The position numbers and the translations under genes are program-made. From Candidatus Poseidoniaceae archaeon (GTDB lineage: Archaea; Thermoplasmatota; Poseidoniia; Poseidoniales; Poseidoniaceae): a stretch of DNA of 64,000 nucleotides. Positions 8,524 to 18,992 of the stretch are shown piece by piece. The first letter of the stretch is position 1, and each line of letters opens with the position of its first letter. The stretch spans positions 164,084 to 228,083 of the forward strand of contig CASIBY010000003.1 of NCBI GenBank assembly GCA_949373095.1. The letters run 5' to 3'. The notes beneath the pieces were generated by a model that was not told the origin of the DNA, did not search any database, and worked only from the letters and a program-made list of their open reading frames with translations.

Positions 8524-9387
8524 ATGCAGCATGTTCGTGACGCTCTGATTGTGGCCGGAGGCTTAGGCACTCGGATGTTCCCAGTAAGTGCTATTCAACC
8601 TAAGGAAACTCTCCCCCTTGTTGATGTTCCATTGCTAACACACTTGGTCATGGAAGCCAAGAATGCAGGAGCAACTCGTCTTCACATTATTCTCTCTCCT
8701 CGAAAAAACCTCGGAGATTTTCTTGCCGACCGTTCTGACCTAGCGTCTATGAGGCCCGAACTCGATGCAACTCTATTCAACATCACAAAAGATATCGAGG
8801 TGTTTACCCACATTCAACATGAAGCCAAGGGTATTGGAAATGCACTACAGTGTGCTCTACATGCGGTTGAAGGGCCCATGCTGGTATTGCTTGGGGATAA
8901 CGTTCTGATGGACACCCACAGCCCAACAACGGCCTTCGCCCCATCTACTGCTTCACAGCGGTTGGTTGAACAATTCAACCAGCACGGTCAAGCAACCGTT
9001 GGATTGATGGAAGTCCCAGAGGACCAAGTGAGTCATTATGGGATTGTTTCCATGACTGAGAGCACCATCACCGGAATGGTTGAGAAACCGACCCTGGCTA
9101 AAGCACCAAGTCGTATGGCAATGTGTGGCCGATACGTATTCCCAGACACAACCCAAGTCCTGTTGGAAGAGTATTCGTATGAACGATATGGGGATTTGCA
9201 AACCATTGCTCTACAAGAGCATTGGATGAATGAAGGAACCCTTCATGGCGTTCTTCTGGATGAAATGCAATGGTATGATTCAGGCTCTCCACTTTTGTGG
9301 CTTCAGGCCCAAGTTGACCATGCACTACGCCGGCCGGAATATTCGGAAGCCATGCGCAACTGGCTTCAAGAGCGTTTGAAGGATTAA
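8524..9387 (+). CDS. galU: UTP--glucose-1-phosphate uridylyltransferase-like sugar nucleotidyltransferase
   Basis: AGGLGTRMFP..PKETLP, LLGD, VEKP, GRYV, YDSGS motifs. Confidence 0.8.
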   Translation: MQHVRDALIVAGGLGTRMFPVSAIQPKETLPLVDVPLLTHLVMEAKNAGATRLHIILSPRKNLGDFLADRSDLASMRPELDATLFNITKDIEVFTHIQHEAKGIGNALQCALHAVEGPMLVLLGDNVLMDTHSPTTAFAPSTASQRLVEQFNQHGQATVGLMEVPEDQVSHYGIVSMTESTITGMVEKPTLAKAPSRMAMCGRYVFPDTTQVLLEEYSYERYGDLQTIALQEHWMNEGTLHGVLLDEMQWYDSGSPLLWLQAQVDHALRRPEYSEAMRNWLQERLKD

Positions 9388-9932
9388 CGTTGCCCTGGTT
9401 TCCAAAAGGTGAGCGGCTCGGGTTGATCGCCCTGTGCTCGGCGTAGAGCGAGATGGTCAGCACGTTCGTTCCAGCGGTGACCCCGGTGTGCTCTCACATG
9501 CGCCCATGTCAGCGGCCGTAATCCTGCAACTTCTCTCCAGAGCAATTGCACTTGGCGAACCAATTCTTTGTTGGCTTTGGCTTTCCATGCTCCGCTAGCA
9601 AGGTTGCCTGCATATTGCGAGTCGGCACGAATCACAGCGGCCTCTTCACCTCCCTCTACCAGAAGCCAACGGAGGGCTGCTGCAAACCCACACAACTCTG
9701 CCGTGTTGTTTGAACCCACTTCAGCCCCAATGAAACCTTCACCTTCAGGGTCAGTGATTACTCGGCCCGAGGTTTCTTCAACGATTTCACCGGTACCCCG
9801 GCCTAATCCCGAGTCGCCTTTGACAGCCACTAAGGCCCAAGCTGCAGGTGTTTCTGCGTCGACATTTTGGTTCCCAAGACAAGAGCCGTCAACATAGAGG
9901 CTCCAGATGGGAGATGTACTCAAACGGGTCAC
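9384..9932 (-). CDS. rnhA: Ribonuclease HI
   Basis: YVDGSCLGN, NNTAEL, ADSQY, HVRAHRGHRWNERADHLA. Confidence 0.93.
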   Translation of the reverse strand: MTRLSTSPIWSLYVDGSCLGNQNVDAETPAAWALVAVKGDSGLGRGTGEIVEETSGRVITDPEGEGFIGAEVGSNNTAELCGFAAALRWLLVEGGEEAAVIRADSQYAGNLASGAWKAKANKELVRQVQLLWREVAGLRPLTWAHVRAHRGHRWNERADHLALRRAQGDQPEPLTFWKPGQR

Positions 9933-10312
9933 TCGCCGATTTCAGCCTTGTAACCAGCAGCGTCCATGAGTTCTGAGACGCCTTCTGGATTATCGAGTGT
10001 CATCTTGACAATCCAACCCTCGCCATAGGGAGAGGTGTTCATCAATTCAGGAGTGTCATCGAGGTCCATATTGACCGCTGTGATGGTTCCAGATAGCGGT
10101 GCGAAAATTGGAGATGCAGATTTGACAGATTCCACCACGGCAAATTCGCCCATGACGTCCATGACGTCACCTTCTGCAGGGAGTTCAATGTAGACAATAT
10201 CGGTCAGCATTTCTTGAGCGTGGTCCGTGATTCCAATGGTGACGGTGTTTCCTTCAAGTTTCAACCATTCGTGTTCTTTGGTGTAGTACAGGTCTTCTGG
10301 GATTTCACTCAT
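9929..10312 (-). CDS. gcvH: Glycine cleavage system H protein
   Basis: YTKEHEW, VESVKSAS lipoyl-lysine motif, SPYGEGW. Confidence 0.97.
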   Translation of the reverse strand: MSEIPEDLYYTKEHEWLKLEGNTVTIGITDHAQEMLTDIVYIELPAEGDVMDVMGEFAVVESVKSASPIFAPLSGTITAVNMDLDDTPELMNTSPYGEGWIVKMTLDNPEGVSELMDAAGYKAEIGE

Positions 10313-10372
10313 AGTGCTGCCTCAGTTTGCTGACGAGGAGGCCCCTCATGAATGCACCGATTTCCAGTTTAT

Positions 10373-10714
10373 TCATTCTTCTTCATTCAACTCGCTGGTC
10401 AAAACCTTGGCTTCAAGTTCAGCCCACGCATTGGTAACCTCTTCTGACCGTTGCACATCTTCGATATCATCCCTAACTCGAGCCGCCATTACCTCATCGC
10501 TTTCGTTGGAAAATTGCGAAGCAAGAGGGCCTTTTCCATTGGAAAGTTGCCAACCAAGGACCAAACATACCAAACCAACAATTGCAAAACCATGAATTGC
10601 GTTGATTGAAGACAATGATGAACGCTGATCTTGCATTGCAAAACCAACGCCGAGTAGTAATCCCACGCCAACCCCCATCACGAGTCGGGAAACGGCAACT
10701 GCAGGGGGGTGCAT
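10373..10714 (-). CDS. Hypothetical two-TM protein
   Basis: Two TM helices and an acidic tail. Confidence 0.65.
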   Translation of the reverse strand: MHPPAVAVSRLVMGVGVGLLLGVGFAMQDQRSSLSSINAIHGFAIVGLVCLVLGWQLSNGKGPLASQFSNESDEVMAARVRDDIEDVQRSEEVTNAWAELEAKVLTSELNEEE

Positions 10715-10765
10715 GAACGTTCCAAGAACTTCTTACGGATGAATCAACCGATGAGGTGGATATGC

Positions 10766-11347
10766 TCAGTAGGTTTCTCGCATCAACTTGTGAATCTTAT
10801 ATGGCAATAATGCCCGATTAACCGGAGTGACTTCAAGGATACGACCGTCGTCACGACGACGAATGTCTTGCAAGAGTGGATGGCGACTCTTTTTGTGAAG
10901 GGTTAGCAAGGTTGGCATGTCAACTTCTAAAGCGCTACGCACTGCGCTGACGAAGGCTTCCGACTCAACAGAGAACTTACCAATTTCGTCGATGACGAGA
11001 ACTTCACAGTTGTGCTGGGCGTAATCAATCGCTGGAATGGCAACGCGGTTTAATTCTTCAATATCAATGCCGTACCCAAGAACTCGGAGGCGAGAATCGA
11101 TGCTTTTGTGGGCGATAATACCCTCTTCTCCGGTAACAACGTCAATGATCTTGTATCCTAGACGTTCTCCGTTTTCGAGTAGTGGTTCAGTTCGGAGACC
11201 GCCCAAAATTGGTTTTTCAACGGTCCCTCCCCGCATTTTTATCTCTCGCGTACGCTCATCCACAAGCATTTTGAGAACTTTTTCCATTACAGCGGACTTT
11301 CCACTCCGAGGCAAGCCAGTGATTCCGATTTTTGGATGAATGCCCAT
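10766..11347 (-). CDS. Nucleoside-triphosphatase (THEP1/NTPase_1 family)
   Basis: ITGLPRSGKS Walker A, LVIDEIGKF Walker B. Confidence 0.92.
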   Translation of the reverse strand: MGIHPKIGITGLPRSGKSAVMEKVLKMLVDERTREIKMRGGTVEKPILGGLRTEPLLENGERLGYKIIDVVTGEEGIIAHKSIDSRLRVLGYGIDIEELNRVAIPAIDYAQHNCEVLVIDEIGKFSVESEAFVSAVRSALEVDMPTLLTLHKKSRHPLLQDIRRRDDGRILEVTPVNRALLPYKIHKLMRETY

Positions 11348-11456
11348 TGAATTGCGTCCCCCGAAAGTCGTACAACCTTTTCCAACGGGTTATGTGATAT
11401 AAAATCTAGGGCTGCTAAGGTCCGTTTTCGGAAATTAAATTCGTAAAATCATACAA

Positions 11457-13463
11457 TCAGTTGGTGACAGTGCTGATTTGCGGAAAAGCCTTAGGCAATT
11501 CCAACGGAAGCATCTCCAATTCGTAATTATTGACGTTATTGTTTGCAGCCCAGGCACGAGCCCACTCGTCAAGATCATCGTTGTTGAGGTGCTTACACAA
11601 CCAATTCAGGCCAGATTCAAGGTTTTCATGCTCAGAAATGAGGCGGTCTTGTATTTCTTGATGGAGTTCAATGTGGTTTACACTGTTGCCCAGCACGCTT
11701 CCTTCGGGGATTACTGCCCACCGTAGTCGTCGCTCTTGGTGAGCGTTGACAATAGCTTGGCAGGCGAGTCGAGGGCCGAAACGAGGGTGATGGTCTCCAA
11801 TCCACATAGCGAGTTGCCGTTCACTGGCGCGAGAAGGGATATCGGTTCTAAACGCAGGGTGGCGAATAAACACCTCTCCATCTTCAGTTTCGGAAAAGTG
11901 CACGCCGCGAATGAACGGACGACTGCGCTTTCCTTTGACCCATGTTTCTATGAATTTTGCATGAGCAGTTTGGTCAATTTCACCGACGCGAACACGAACC
12001 TGTCGTTCGTTGGTTGTTAGTGGGTGCGTTTCGTCGCTCAAGCGAGGGAGCAAGGCCAATCGGTCCAGAACCTCAAGAGTATACTTGCGCTCAATACGGT
12101 CCCTTGGGAGCCGTGGAACTGCCCATGTGTCCCGGGCCCACGAGGTCCATCGTTCATCTTTGAGTTCAAACACTGGGACCCGACTCGATAACCCTTCCCC
12201 GTCTCGGCGTAGGTCAGACCGAGTAATTGGCCCGTGTATCATGAGATTGGTTCTGTCGCCGTTAGCTGTGATGCCCAAGACGACAACGCCTTGTGTCATC
12301 CCCGGGAAGAGCAAGTTTGCTTCTTCGATAGCCCATACCTGTGTCCAAGCGTGTTCCTTGACCAAGAGTTCTCGCAGAGGGTGAGAGGATTGCTCACGCA
12401 ACAAACTGTCCGGAGCAACCATCCGCAATCGTCCACCGTTTTCCAGTATCTGCAAACTGCGTTCAATGAACAGGCGGTAGAGGTTGACGTTGCCACGCAT
12501 GGTTGAGAAACGGGGCTTGTTGTCGTCTTGGAGGGCGCGAAGTTGCTCTCCAAGTTCCTTGCGAAGACGGCTTCCGTCTTCCATTCCGCGGAATCGGTCT
12601 TTGATTCGGAGCCAAGGAGGATTGGTGAGGACCAATCGTGGTTGTTGTGACCACGGCCATTCACCTTGTAGTGCGTCACCTTGCTGGACCCCTTCATCAA
12701 GTAGGGTTTCCATTTCTTTTCGTGAAATTTTACCGGGGGTTTCCGGGCCGAAGCTGACCAATTCGTGTCGGATAGATTCGAGAAGTAGTCGGACCTTTGT
12801 GCTCTGAACCACCAAAGGATCGATATCAAGAAGTTGGATGTTGGCGAAGAAACGACGAGTATCCATCTTCTTAATTTCAGCATCTGCCTCATCGTGGGCG
12901 TCAGCGTGACGACGAATGAGGCGAGCATGGAACAAGCCACCGCCAGTTGCAGTATCGGCAACGGGGAGAGGGATGCCACTCAAGGTGCGTCGCCCTTCTT
13001 CGACCGCTGCCGCTTCGGCTTCATTGTCTACCTCATTTTCTTGAGAAGCCACGGGTAAATTGAGTTGCTCGACATGTTGTCTGAAGCCAGGAGGAAGATT
13101 GCTCATGAGGAAATTTGATTGTTGAACAGGTTTCTTAGGATTGATGAGAGTTTCACGCATTTCAGAGGCAATGACGGCGTCGGCCAAACGAGGTGGAGTT
13201 GGGTGAGCACCCCGAGGAGAGCGGCCATCGGACTCGGCATCGTGCCGAGCCAAAAGATGGTCGAGCACATGGCCCGGGTCGGTGAGAAGATTTGCCGGAA
13301 GTGTTGGCCAATCTTCAGGAAGGAGCGCGGCGATTGGTTGGAACGATTTGAGGGACTGCTCCCATGTGCTGAGCCAGATGTCAATCTGTTTGTCGCGGTC
13401 AGCAAGACATCTATCTAGGCGTGCATACCATCCGCTGACTCCGTTTTGCATCATCCCCACCAC
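11457..13463 (-). CDS. N6-adenine DNA methyltransferase (Eco57I/TaqI-like, gamma class) with C-terminal recognition domain
   Basis: HPTPPRLA (motif X), VADTATGGGLF (motif I), TNPPW (motif IV), NLYRLFIERSLQILENGGRL. Confidence 0.85.
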   Translation of the reverse strand: MVGMMQNGVSGWYARLDRCLADRDKQIDIWLSTWEQSLKSFQPIAALLPEDWPTLPANLLTDPGHVLDHLLARHDAESDGRSPRGAHPTPPRLADAVIASEMRETLINPKKPVQQSNFLMSNLPPGFRQHVEQLNLPVASQENEVDNEAEAAAVEEGRRTLSGIPLPVADTATGGGLFHARLIRRHADAHDEADAEIKKMDTRRFFANIQLLDIDPLVVQSTKVRLLLESIRHELVSFGPETPGKISRKEMETLLDEGVQQGDALQGEWPWSQQPRLVLTNPPWLRIKDRFRGMEDGSRLRKELGEQLRALQDDNKPRFSTMRGNVNLYRLFIERSLQILENGGRLRMVAPDSLLREQSSHPLRELLVKEHAWTQVWAIEEANLLFPGMTQGVVVLGITANGDRTNLMIHGPITRSDLRRDGEGLSSRVPVFELKDERWTSWARDTWAVPRLPRDRIERKYTLEVLDRLALLPRLSDETHPLTTNERQVRVRVGEIDQTAHAKFIETWVKGKRSRPFIRGVHFSETEDGEVFIRHPAFRTDIPSRASERQLAMWIGDHHPRFGPRLACQAIVNAHQERRLRWAVIPEGSVLGNSVNHIELHQEIQDRLISEHENLESGLNWLCKHLNNDDLDEWARAWAANNNVNNYELEMLPLELPKAFPQISTVTN

Positions 13464-13531
13464 TCCAAGCGGGTCGGCTTTCTATCTTTGAATGTGACTC
13501 TTCCTGCAATGCTCAAAATTTGCCGTTTTGC

Positions 13532-13948
13532 TCAGAGGATTTTAGAAAACTCTTGATACCAATTCCACCCATCTCCAACCCAATCAAGAAGGGAGGAAAG
13601 TTCTTCTTTATCGACATCTCCTGCTTTTGCAATTGCCTTCAGTGCCTTGATTTCTTTCGGGTCGTAACTCCCATCAATAGCAGCGACGAACGCAGCATCT
13701 CTAAGAATGAAACGAATTAAGCCCTGCTCTAAATCTATCAGAGATTGTTCAAGGGGGACGGGATGCTCAAATCCTGAACGGATGTCAACTCGGACTTCCG
13801 GATGAATCATACAACGTCCCATCATTGCTTCAATCACTGCGATTTCTTCCCGGACGAGTTCGCCGTCAGCTGCAGCAATGTAAACCAAAACCTCGGCATA
13901 CCTGCGCAATTCTTGTGGTGAACGATGGCTCAAACCATCAGGGAACAT
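13532..13948 (-). CDS. TerB-like (tellurite-resistance fold) protein
   Basis: IAAADGELVREE and VAAIDGSYDPKE. Confidence 0.85.
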   Translation of the reverse strand: MFPDGLSHRSPQELRRYAEVLVYIAAADGELVREEIAVIEAMMGRCMIHPEVRVDIRSGFEHPVPLEQSLIDLEQGLIRFILRDAAFVAAIDGSYDPKEIKALKAIAKAGDVDKEELSSLLDWVGDGWNWYQEFSKIL

Positions 13949-13951
13949 GGT

Positions 13952-14419
13952 TCATTCCTCAAGGTTGTCCAAAATGTCGTAGCCTTCTTTCATCCACCTG
14001 TAACCAGCTACGGTCCAATTGAGCAGTTGGTCAACGGCATCTTCCTTGAGCCCTAGAAGTTCAGAAATATCCTCGAGTGCATCACGCTCATCCTCGTCAA
14101 CATTTCCATCTGCTGCTGCCATCATGACAGCGTCACGCAGAGCGAGACGACCGGCTTCTCCGGACAAATTCTCCATACACTCTTCAAGAGAAGGAGGATT
14201 TTTCAACTCATCCCGAATCATTTGACGTTGATTGGGCGAAAGTAGTGCTGTTCCGAGACGCTGTTCAAACATCGCCATCTCGTCAATGGTCAATTCGTCA
14301 TCAATTCGAGCCATGTAAGCGAGAAGCCGTGCGTAGGCAAACCGTTGTTCCCGGGGTAATTTGTGAACCGTATCAGGTAGCATTGGACTTATACGAACGC
14401 TTCTTCCCCAAGAACTCAA
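13952..14419 (-). CDS. TerB-like protein (tandem paralog)
   Basis: MARIDDELTIDE and MAAADGNVDEDE; start may be ATG 14383. Confidence 0.85.
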   Translation of the reverse strand: MSSWGRSVRISPMLPDTVHKLPREQRFAYARLLAYMARIDDELTIDEMAMFEQRLGTALLSPNQRQMIRDELKNPPSLEECMENLSGEAGRLALRDAVMMAAADGNVDEDERDALEDISELLGLKEDAVDQLLNWTVAGYRWMKEGYDILDNLEE

Positions 14420-14477
14420 CGGTTGGAAGCCCCTTAGGGAGGGCTATCTTCAAACCTCATAGCCATCACCGAAGTCC

Positions 14478-14810
14478 GTGGGTGCCAAGGCCAAGCCAGA
14501 CGTCGTCATTTGGACCAACAAGGGTTGTGGCGCCTGTGTTCGTGCAAAGCAGTTGTTTGAGAACAAGCAGGTCGAAGTAACCGAGCGACGGCTCAAGAGC
14601 TCCCCCTCTATTCAGCGTGCCTTTAGCATGGCTTCACGGGGTGCAAAAACAGTGCCACAGATTCTTATTGATGGGGCACTAGTTGGTGGATTTGACCATC
14701 TTCTGATTCTTGAAAAGTCAGGAGAATTGGACGTGATGCTTGGGCTATCAGATTCACTTCCCGAACGATCGGCGTGGCAGAGGTTTCGCGCATGGGCTGG
14801 ATTGGGTTAG
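14478..14810 (+). CDS. Glutaredoxin
   Basis: CGAC, TVPQILI, VGGFD. Confidence 0.9.
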   Translation: MGAKAKPDVVIWTNKGCGACVRAKQLFENKQVEVTERRLKSSPSIQRAFSMASRGAKTVPQILIDGALVGGFDHLLILEKSGELDVMLGLSDSLPERSAWQRFRAWAGLG

Positions 14811-14855
14811 CATCCAAAGCAAGTCTTGAAAGACTTTGAAACATTCAGTTTATTC

Positions 14856-15218
14856 ATGGACCCTAGTATCAATGTGCTTGGAGGGCCACTCCAAACCTGT
14901 TCAAACGAGCCGCTGACCGGCTGGTATCGGGATGGTTGTTGCAATACTGACTCAAACGACCGTGGCTCACACACAGTTTGCTGCGTTCTCAATGAAAATT
15001 TCCTTCAATTCGCAAAAGGGCAAGGAAATGATTTGATCACCCCCGTCCCAGAATTCAACTTTCCAGGGCTGAAGCCTGGTGACTCTTGGTGTGTTTGTGC
15101 TCGAACATGGCTTGATGCTGTAAATGCTGGACAAGCATGCCCGCTTGATTTAGAAGCAACCCACGAGCATGCCCTCAAGGTCATTCCGCTTGGAGTTCTT
15201 GAGACTCATGCGGTCTGA
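14856..15218 (+). CDS. DUF2237 family protein
   Basis: NVLGGPLQTCS..TGWYRDGCC, PGLKPGDSWCVCA, ATHE. Confidence 0.92.
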   Translation: MDPSINVLGGPLQTCSNEPLTGWYRDGCCNTDSNDRGSHTVCCVLNENFLQFAKGQGNDLITPVPEFNFPGLKPGDSWCVCARTWLDAVNAGQACPLDLEATHEHALKVIPLGVLETHAV

Positions 15219-15643
15219 GCATTCGGGTCTTCATCTTTGTATTGGAAGACCAAAACTCGCATAGTGAGCCACACTACGAAGCCCCAAGCAAGCATGTTGA
15301 GTACCGACAACACCCTCAAGTTATTTGGGTACATTTCCGATAGCGCCCCGATGGTATAACTTGAGCCAACGAGGCTAAATAGATAGGTCGGAATTGAGGT
15401 TGCAAAGGTCCACTTCACCGGTTTTCTTGCGTCAAAGGTATAGGCGCGATGAACGAAATGCGCCATAACTCCAGTCAAGCCCCAAGCAGTTCCCCACAAG
15501 ATACGAACATCCGTGTCCGTCAACGACCACAAGAACGCCTCCCAGACAATAAAAAATGCAAGGCTGTTGAAGCTGCCCGCAATTCCAAATCGAAGTAAGG
15601 AACCTCGTGGTGCAAGGCGAGTTAGAACTGATACCTCAGCCAT
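15206..15643 (-). CDS. GtrA-like membrane protein
   Basis: LRFGIAG start, four TM helices, RVLVF end; directly after sugar-nucleotide genes. Confidence 0.7.
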   Translation of the reverse strand: MAEVSVLTRLAPRGSLLRFGIAGSFNSLAFFIVWEAFLWSLTDTDVRILWGTAWGLTGVMAHFVHRAYTFDARKPVKWTFATSIPTYLFSLVGSSYTIGALSEMYPNNLRVLSVLNMLAWGFVVWLTMRVLVFQYKDEDPNAQTA

Positions 15644-15644
15644 A

Positions 15645-16469
15645 TCAATCGTCGTTGGTGACAACATCACTTGGTTTGCCGGTAAGGATGCCTCGCAATT
15701 GTGCATTATCATGTTGAATCGCGTCCATGAGCGCGTATTTGACGCCCAATTCTTCAGCTAATACTCCAAGTGCCAGGCTGTCTTTTGGTAGGCACTTGCC
15801 TCCAAAGCCTCGCTTGAGCCCGAAAATAGGATCCAAGTGTGAAGGGCCGATAGGTTGAGCCTGTTCTGCAGTAATGATATCACGGATCCCATACCAATCT
15901 TCACCCATGGCTTCACAAATATCGTACAGTTGATTGGCGAAGGTCACCTTGACTGCATAGAATGTATTCTTGGTATATTTCACCAATTCCGCTTGGGTTG
16001 GCGTGACATGGAACAACTGTTCTCTACGCAACACACCCGCTTCCTTGTGTTGTTCAAACACCCGCTTTACAACGTCTTCATGATGGGAGCCAACAACTAA
16101 AATATCTTGATTAGCAAAATCTTCCAAACGCTGACGTTCAACCAAGAATTCCGGTGAATAAGCAATCTTCAGATGAGGATAACGCTCGTGATAGAGCTGC
16201 GTTGTTCCTGGAACAACTGTGCTCTTGATAACAGCAGTGAATCCTTCGGGGAGGGCGTCAAGGACTTCCTCAACAATCCGAGTATCGCAGGCTCCTGTTA
16301 CGGGGTGTGGGGGCGTTGGTACAGCGATGTATGCGAAATCAACATGGCCAATAACGTCCTCAAGAGAAGTCCCTCGTGCAGGGTCGTGGATGAAGAGTTC
16401 ATGGGCATCTGAAAAGCAATGCTCAATAGCGCCTCCGACCATGCCTGCTCCAATAATTCCAATTTTCAC
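15645..16469 (-). CDS. UDP-glucose/GDP-mannose dehydrogenase family protein (short form)
   Basis: [35 protein letters not shown]. Confidence 0.9.
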   Translation of the reverse strand: MKIGIIGAGMVGGAIEHCFSDAHELFIHDPARGTSLEDVIGHVDFAYIAVPTPPHPVTGACDTRIVEEVLDALPEGFTAVIKSTVVPGTTQLYHERYPHLKIAYSPEFLVERQRLEDFANQDILVVGSHHEDVVKRVFEQHKEAGVLRREQLFHVTPTQAELVKYTKNTFYAVKVTFANQLYDICEAMGEDWYGIRDIITAEQAQPIGPSHLDPIFGLKRGFGGKCLPKDSLALGVLAEELGVKYALMDAIQHDNAQLRGILTGKPSDVVTNDD

Positions 16470-16481
16470 AACATCTCCTCC

Positions 16482-17228
16482 TTATCGGTGTGGGGTCGGG
16501 TCCAGCTTGCCTTCTTTAGCCATCAATGAGGCTTTCAGCAATGTATCTGGAGTACCACAGTCCACCCATGTTTCTTCGCCAACAGAAATCAATTCAGCCT
16601 CTTTGTCATTAACATAGATGCGGTTCACATCAGAAATCGATGTGTTTGTACCGTGGATGGCTTCGGCTTGGTCCAAATACGACCAAAATCGTTCATCAAA
16701 GAGATAAATTCCACCAATGGCAAGATTTGAGGGAGGGTTTTCGGGCTTCTCAACGATATCAATCACATTCTCATCTTCATCAAGAACACAAACGCCAAAT
16801 GCTTCTGGATGTTCTTCTTCTCTCGCCATCAAGATACAACCTGGTGGTGTTTCAGCATTGGAGAAGTTCGCAACGATTTCATTCAATTCCATGGTAGTGA
16901 TGTTATCTGAGAAATAGATCAACAAACGAACTTGGTCGTTATATGGGCGAGCTAGTTTCAGTGCTTCAGCAACGCCGCGAGGTTCTTCTTCGATGACATA
17001 ATGAATTCGTTCTCCTTCAAGTCCTTGGCCAACGTGGCGGGTGATTTGCCCAATAAATTGGTTTGAAACGATGGTGATGTCCTTAATTCCAGCACGACGA
17101 ATCGTGCCGAGAGCGTAATCGATGACAGGACGTTCATACAATGGAAGCATCGTCTTTTGAACATAGTGAGTGAAGGGATAGAGGCGACTTCCGTGGCCTC
17201 CGGCGATAAGAATGGCCTTTACCTCCAT
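16482..17228 (-). CDS. Glucose-1-phosphate thymidylyltransferase-like nucleotidyltransferase
   Basis: AGGHGSRLYP, VEKP..PPSNLA, WVDCGT. Confidence 0.88.
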   Translation of the reverse strand: MEVKAILIAGGHGSRLYPFTHYVQKTMLPLYERPVIDYALGTIRRAGIKDITIVSNQFIGQITRHVGQGLEGERIHYVIEEEPRGVAEALKLARPYNDQVRLLIYFSDNITTMELNEIVANFSNAETPPGCILMAREEEHPEAFGVCVLDEDENVIDIVEKPENPPSNLAIGGIYLFDERFWSYLDQAEAIHGTNTSISDVNRIYVNDKEAELISVGEETWVDCGTPDTLLKASLMAKEGKLDPTPHR

Positions 17229-17273
17229 GAAGATACCACGAGGCGACCCTGTATTGAAACTGCCCCACCTTGG

Positions 17274-17960
17274 TTATTGAGGATCGTCTGATTTCATCAC
17301 TTCAGAAACGGCCCCGTCTTGGGCGTTTTTCTCGAACCATTCCGTTGCCACCAAGTCTCCTAAGCGCTCAACACCTGCTTCAATGAGGTCCGCATCCTCT
17401 GCTTCAGATATTTTCCATCGTTCTTCTGCTTGTTTTGCATACACAAGGTCAGCATCTCGCAAAAGATGTTCACTGTGTCGCAGAGGTCCTTCCAACCCTT
17501 CGTATTCTTTTTCATGAAGGGCGGGGTCCACACGCTCCCGTTTTTTGTTGAATTCATCCATGTTTTCGGACAGTGCAGGCCCCTTTTCATCACCACCACG
17601 ACCTCTTATCTCCTCGGAGTTTGTGCGGTCCATGCCCGAAAATTTGGCAGCGATGAAGGCTTGATGGAGTCGTTCCATGGACTCGTCATCAACATCCAAT
17701 TCAGAAAGCACATCCCAATCAAATTCGATTGCGTCAATAAATTTTAGGAGGCGTTCTTCGCTCTTAGAACGATGATTGCGCCGTAATCCTTCACTGGTTA
17801 ATGTGATTGCCGCTGAGACGACACCGAAGTATTGCAGAGGTGGAGGTAAGAACAGTAAAACAGAAAATGTTCCAAGAAGAAAATTGCTCCCTTTCCACCG
17901 AAATAAAGAGGCGCTTTCATTGGCGAAGTAATCCGAAAACGGGTCAAGTTCGCTAGCCAA
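17274..17960 (-). CDS. Hypothetical protein, N-terminal TM hairpin and acidic soluble domain
   Basis: 228-aa ORF, GGGT SD before TTG. Confidence 0.7.
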   Translation of the reverse strand: MASELDPFSDYFANESASLFRWKGSNFLLGTFSVLLFLPPPLQYFGVVSAAITLTSEGLRRNHRSKSEERLLKFIDAIEFDWDVLSELDVDDESMERLHQAFIAAKFSGMDRTNSEEIRGRGGDEKGPALSENMDEFNKKRERVDPALHEKEYEGLEGPLRHSEHLLRDADLVYAKQAEERWKISEAEDADLIEAGVERLGDLVATEWFEKNAQDGAVSEVMKSDDPQ

Positions 17961-17969
17961 ATTAAACCC

Positions 17970-18287
17970 TCACAAATCCAAGAGATTCTTCAGTCGCTCC
18001 ATACACGCATCGTCAAATTCGGTATCTTCTTTCCATCCTAGCGCCTTAAGCCCCTGAAGTTGGCTTGAACGGATACTCGTGCTCATTCGTTCCACGGAGA
18101 ACTGCATCAAGAGTCCAAAAATAAGGAAGGCTGCAAGTCCAAATTCCCATCTGGTGAGGGCCATAATCCCCAAGGCAAGAGCAATTCCAGTGATGCCAGC
18201 AACAATTGCTCGGTTTTTCATCCGAGATCGTGAGGCTGTAGCGTCAAGAATTCGACGAGCTCCTTCCTTCTTCGTCATGGCCGCCAT
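17970..18287 (-). CDS. Hypothetical two-TM protein
   Basis: 105 aa, operonic spacing. Confidence 0.7.
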   Translation of the reverse strand: MAAMTKKEGARRILDATASRSRMKNRAIVAGITGIALALGIMALTRWEFGLAAFLIFGLLMQFSVERMSTSIRSSQLQGLKALGWKEDTEFDDACMERLKNLLDL

Positions 18288-18306
18288 GCCTAAGCCAAAC
18301 CGCTGT

Positions 18307-18933
18307 TCAAGGTGAAGATACCGCTTCTCGCTTGAGCCATTCGTTGATTTCCTTGAGTGCCTCTGTCCCCCTGTGCTGGGCTCTTACTTCTGAGGGGGGA
18401 GCGTTCATGTCTTGGACGAGCACACTATCTTGCATGGTGACATTCCCCCTAGGCTGCAGAGCAATTTGGTGGAGAAGATCTCCCATTGTTTGCTGCATGT
18501 TGGCGGTTTGTTCAGCCTGGAATGATAGCAGCCGTTCCATGCTTTCGAGAACAATGTTACTTCGTTCTTGACGGTTATCAAGGGCGCGTGAAGCAGCATC
18601 CATGGCCTCTTCTTGACGTTTGAGAAGTTCTCTAGCTGCTGGGCTTCCGACCGCATCTCGTCGACGGAGTTCTTCATTGGCGGTGTTGAGTTCTATGTGA
18701 CGGCGCGTGAGGGCCGCTTCCAACCCGTCGATGTGGATGTTCGCTTCTCTAACAAGCCCTACCATTTCCCGATGGTTGCGGCGCATGGTTCGCATCTCAC
18801 TATGATGGTGTGCAGCCTCTGAAAAAAAAGCCATCATAATGGAGAGGGCTAAAGCGAGTTGTGGGTGGAATAAAAATGCGGTAGCGGTGAACCATGTCAG
18901 TGTTGCAACCGAGAGCGAGCGTAGTATTCCCAT
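18307..18933 (-). CDS. Membrane-anchored coiled-coil protein
   Basis: Two N-terminal hydrophobic helices, long E/R/L/A heptad region; start uncertain (18933 or 18957). Confidence 0.65.
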   Translation of the reverse strand: MGILRSLSVATLTWFTATAFLFHPQLALALSIMMAFFSEAAHHHSEMRTMRRNHREMVGLVREANIHIDGLEAALTRRHIELNTANEELRRRDAVGSPAARELLKRQEEAMDAASRALDNRQERSNIVLESMERLLSFQAEQTANMQQTMGDLLHQIALQPRGNVTMQDSVLVQDMNAPPSEVRAQHRGTEALKEINEWLKREAVSSP

Positions 18934-18992
18934 ACAATATACTCTGTGCCCGGACATAAAGAGGATGTCTTGGGACTTATGCGGGACCCCAC

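Noticed and set aside
15645-16469. UDP-sugar dehydrogenase as a truncated pseudogene
   Set aside because: Clean stop coupled to the next gene and intact catalytic motifs; consistent with a naturally short form
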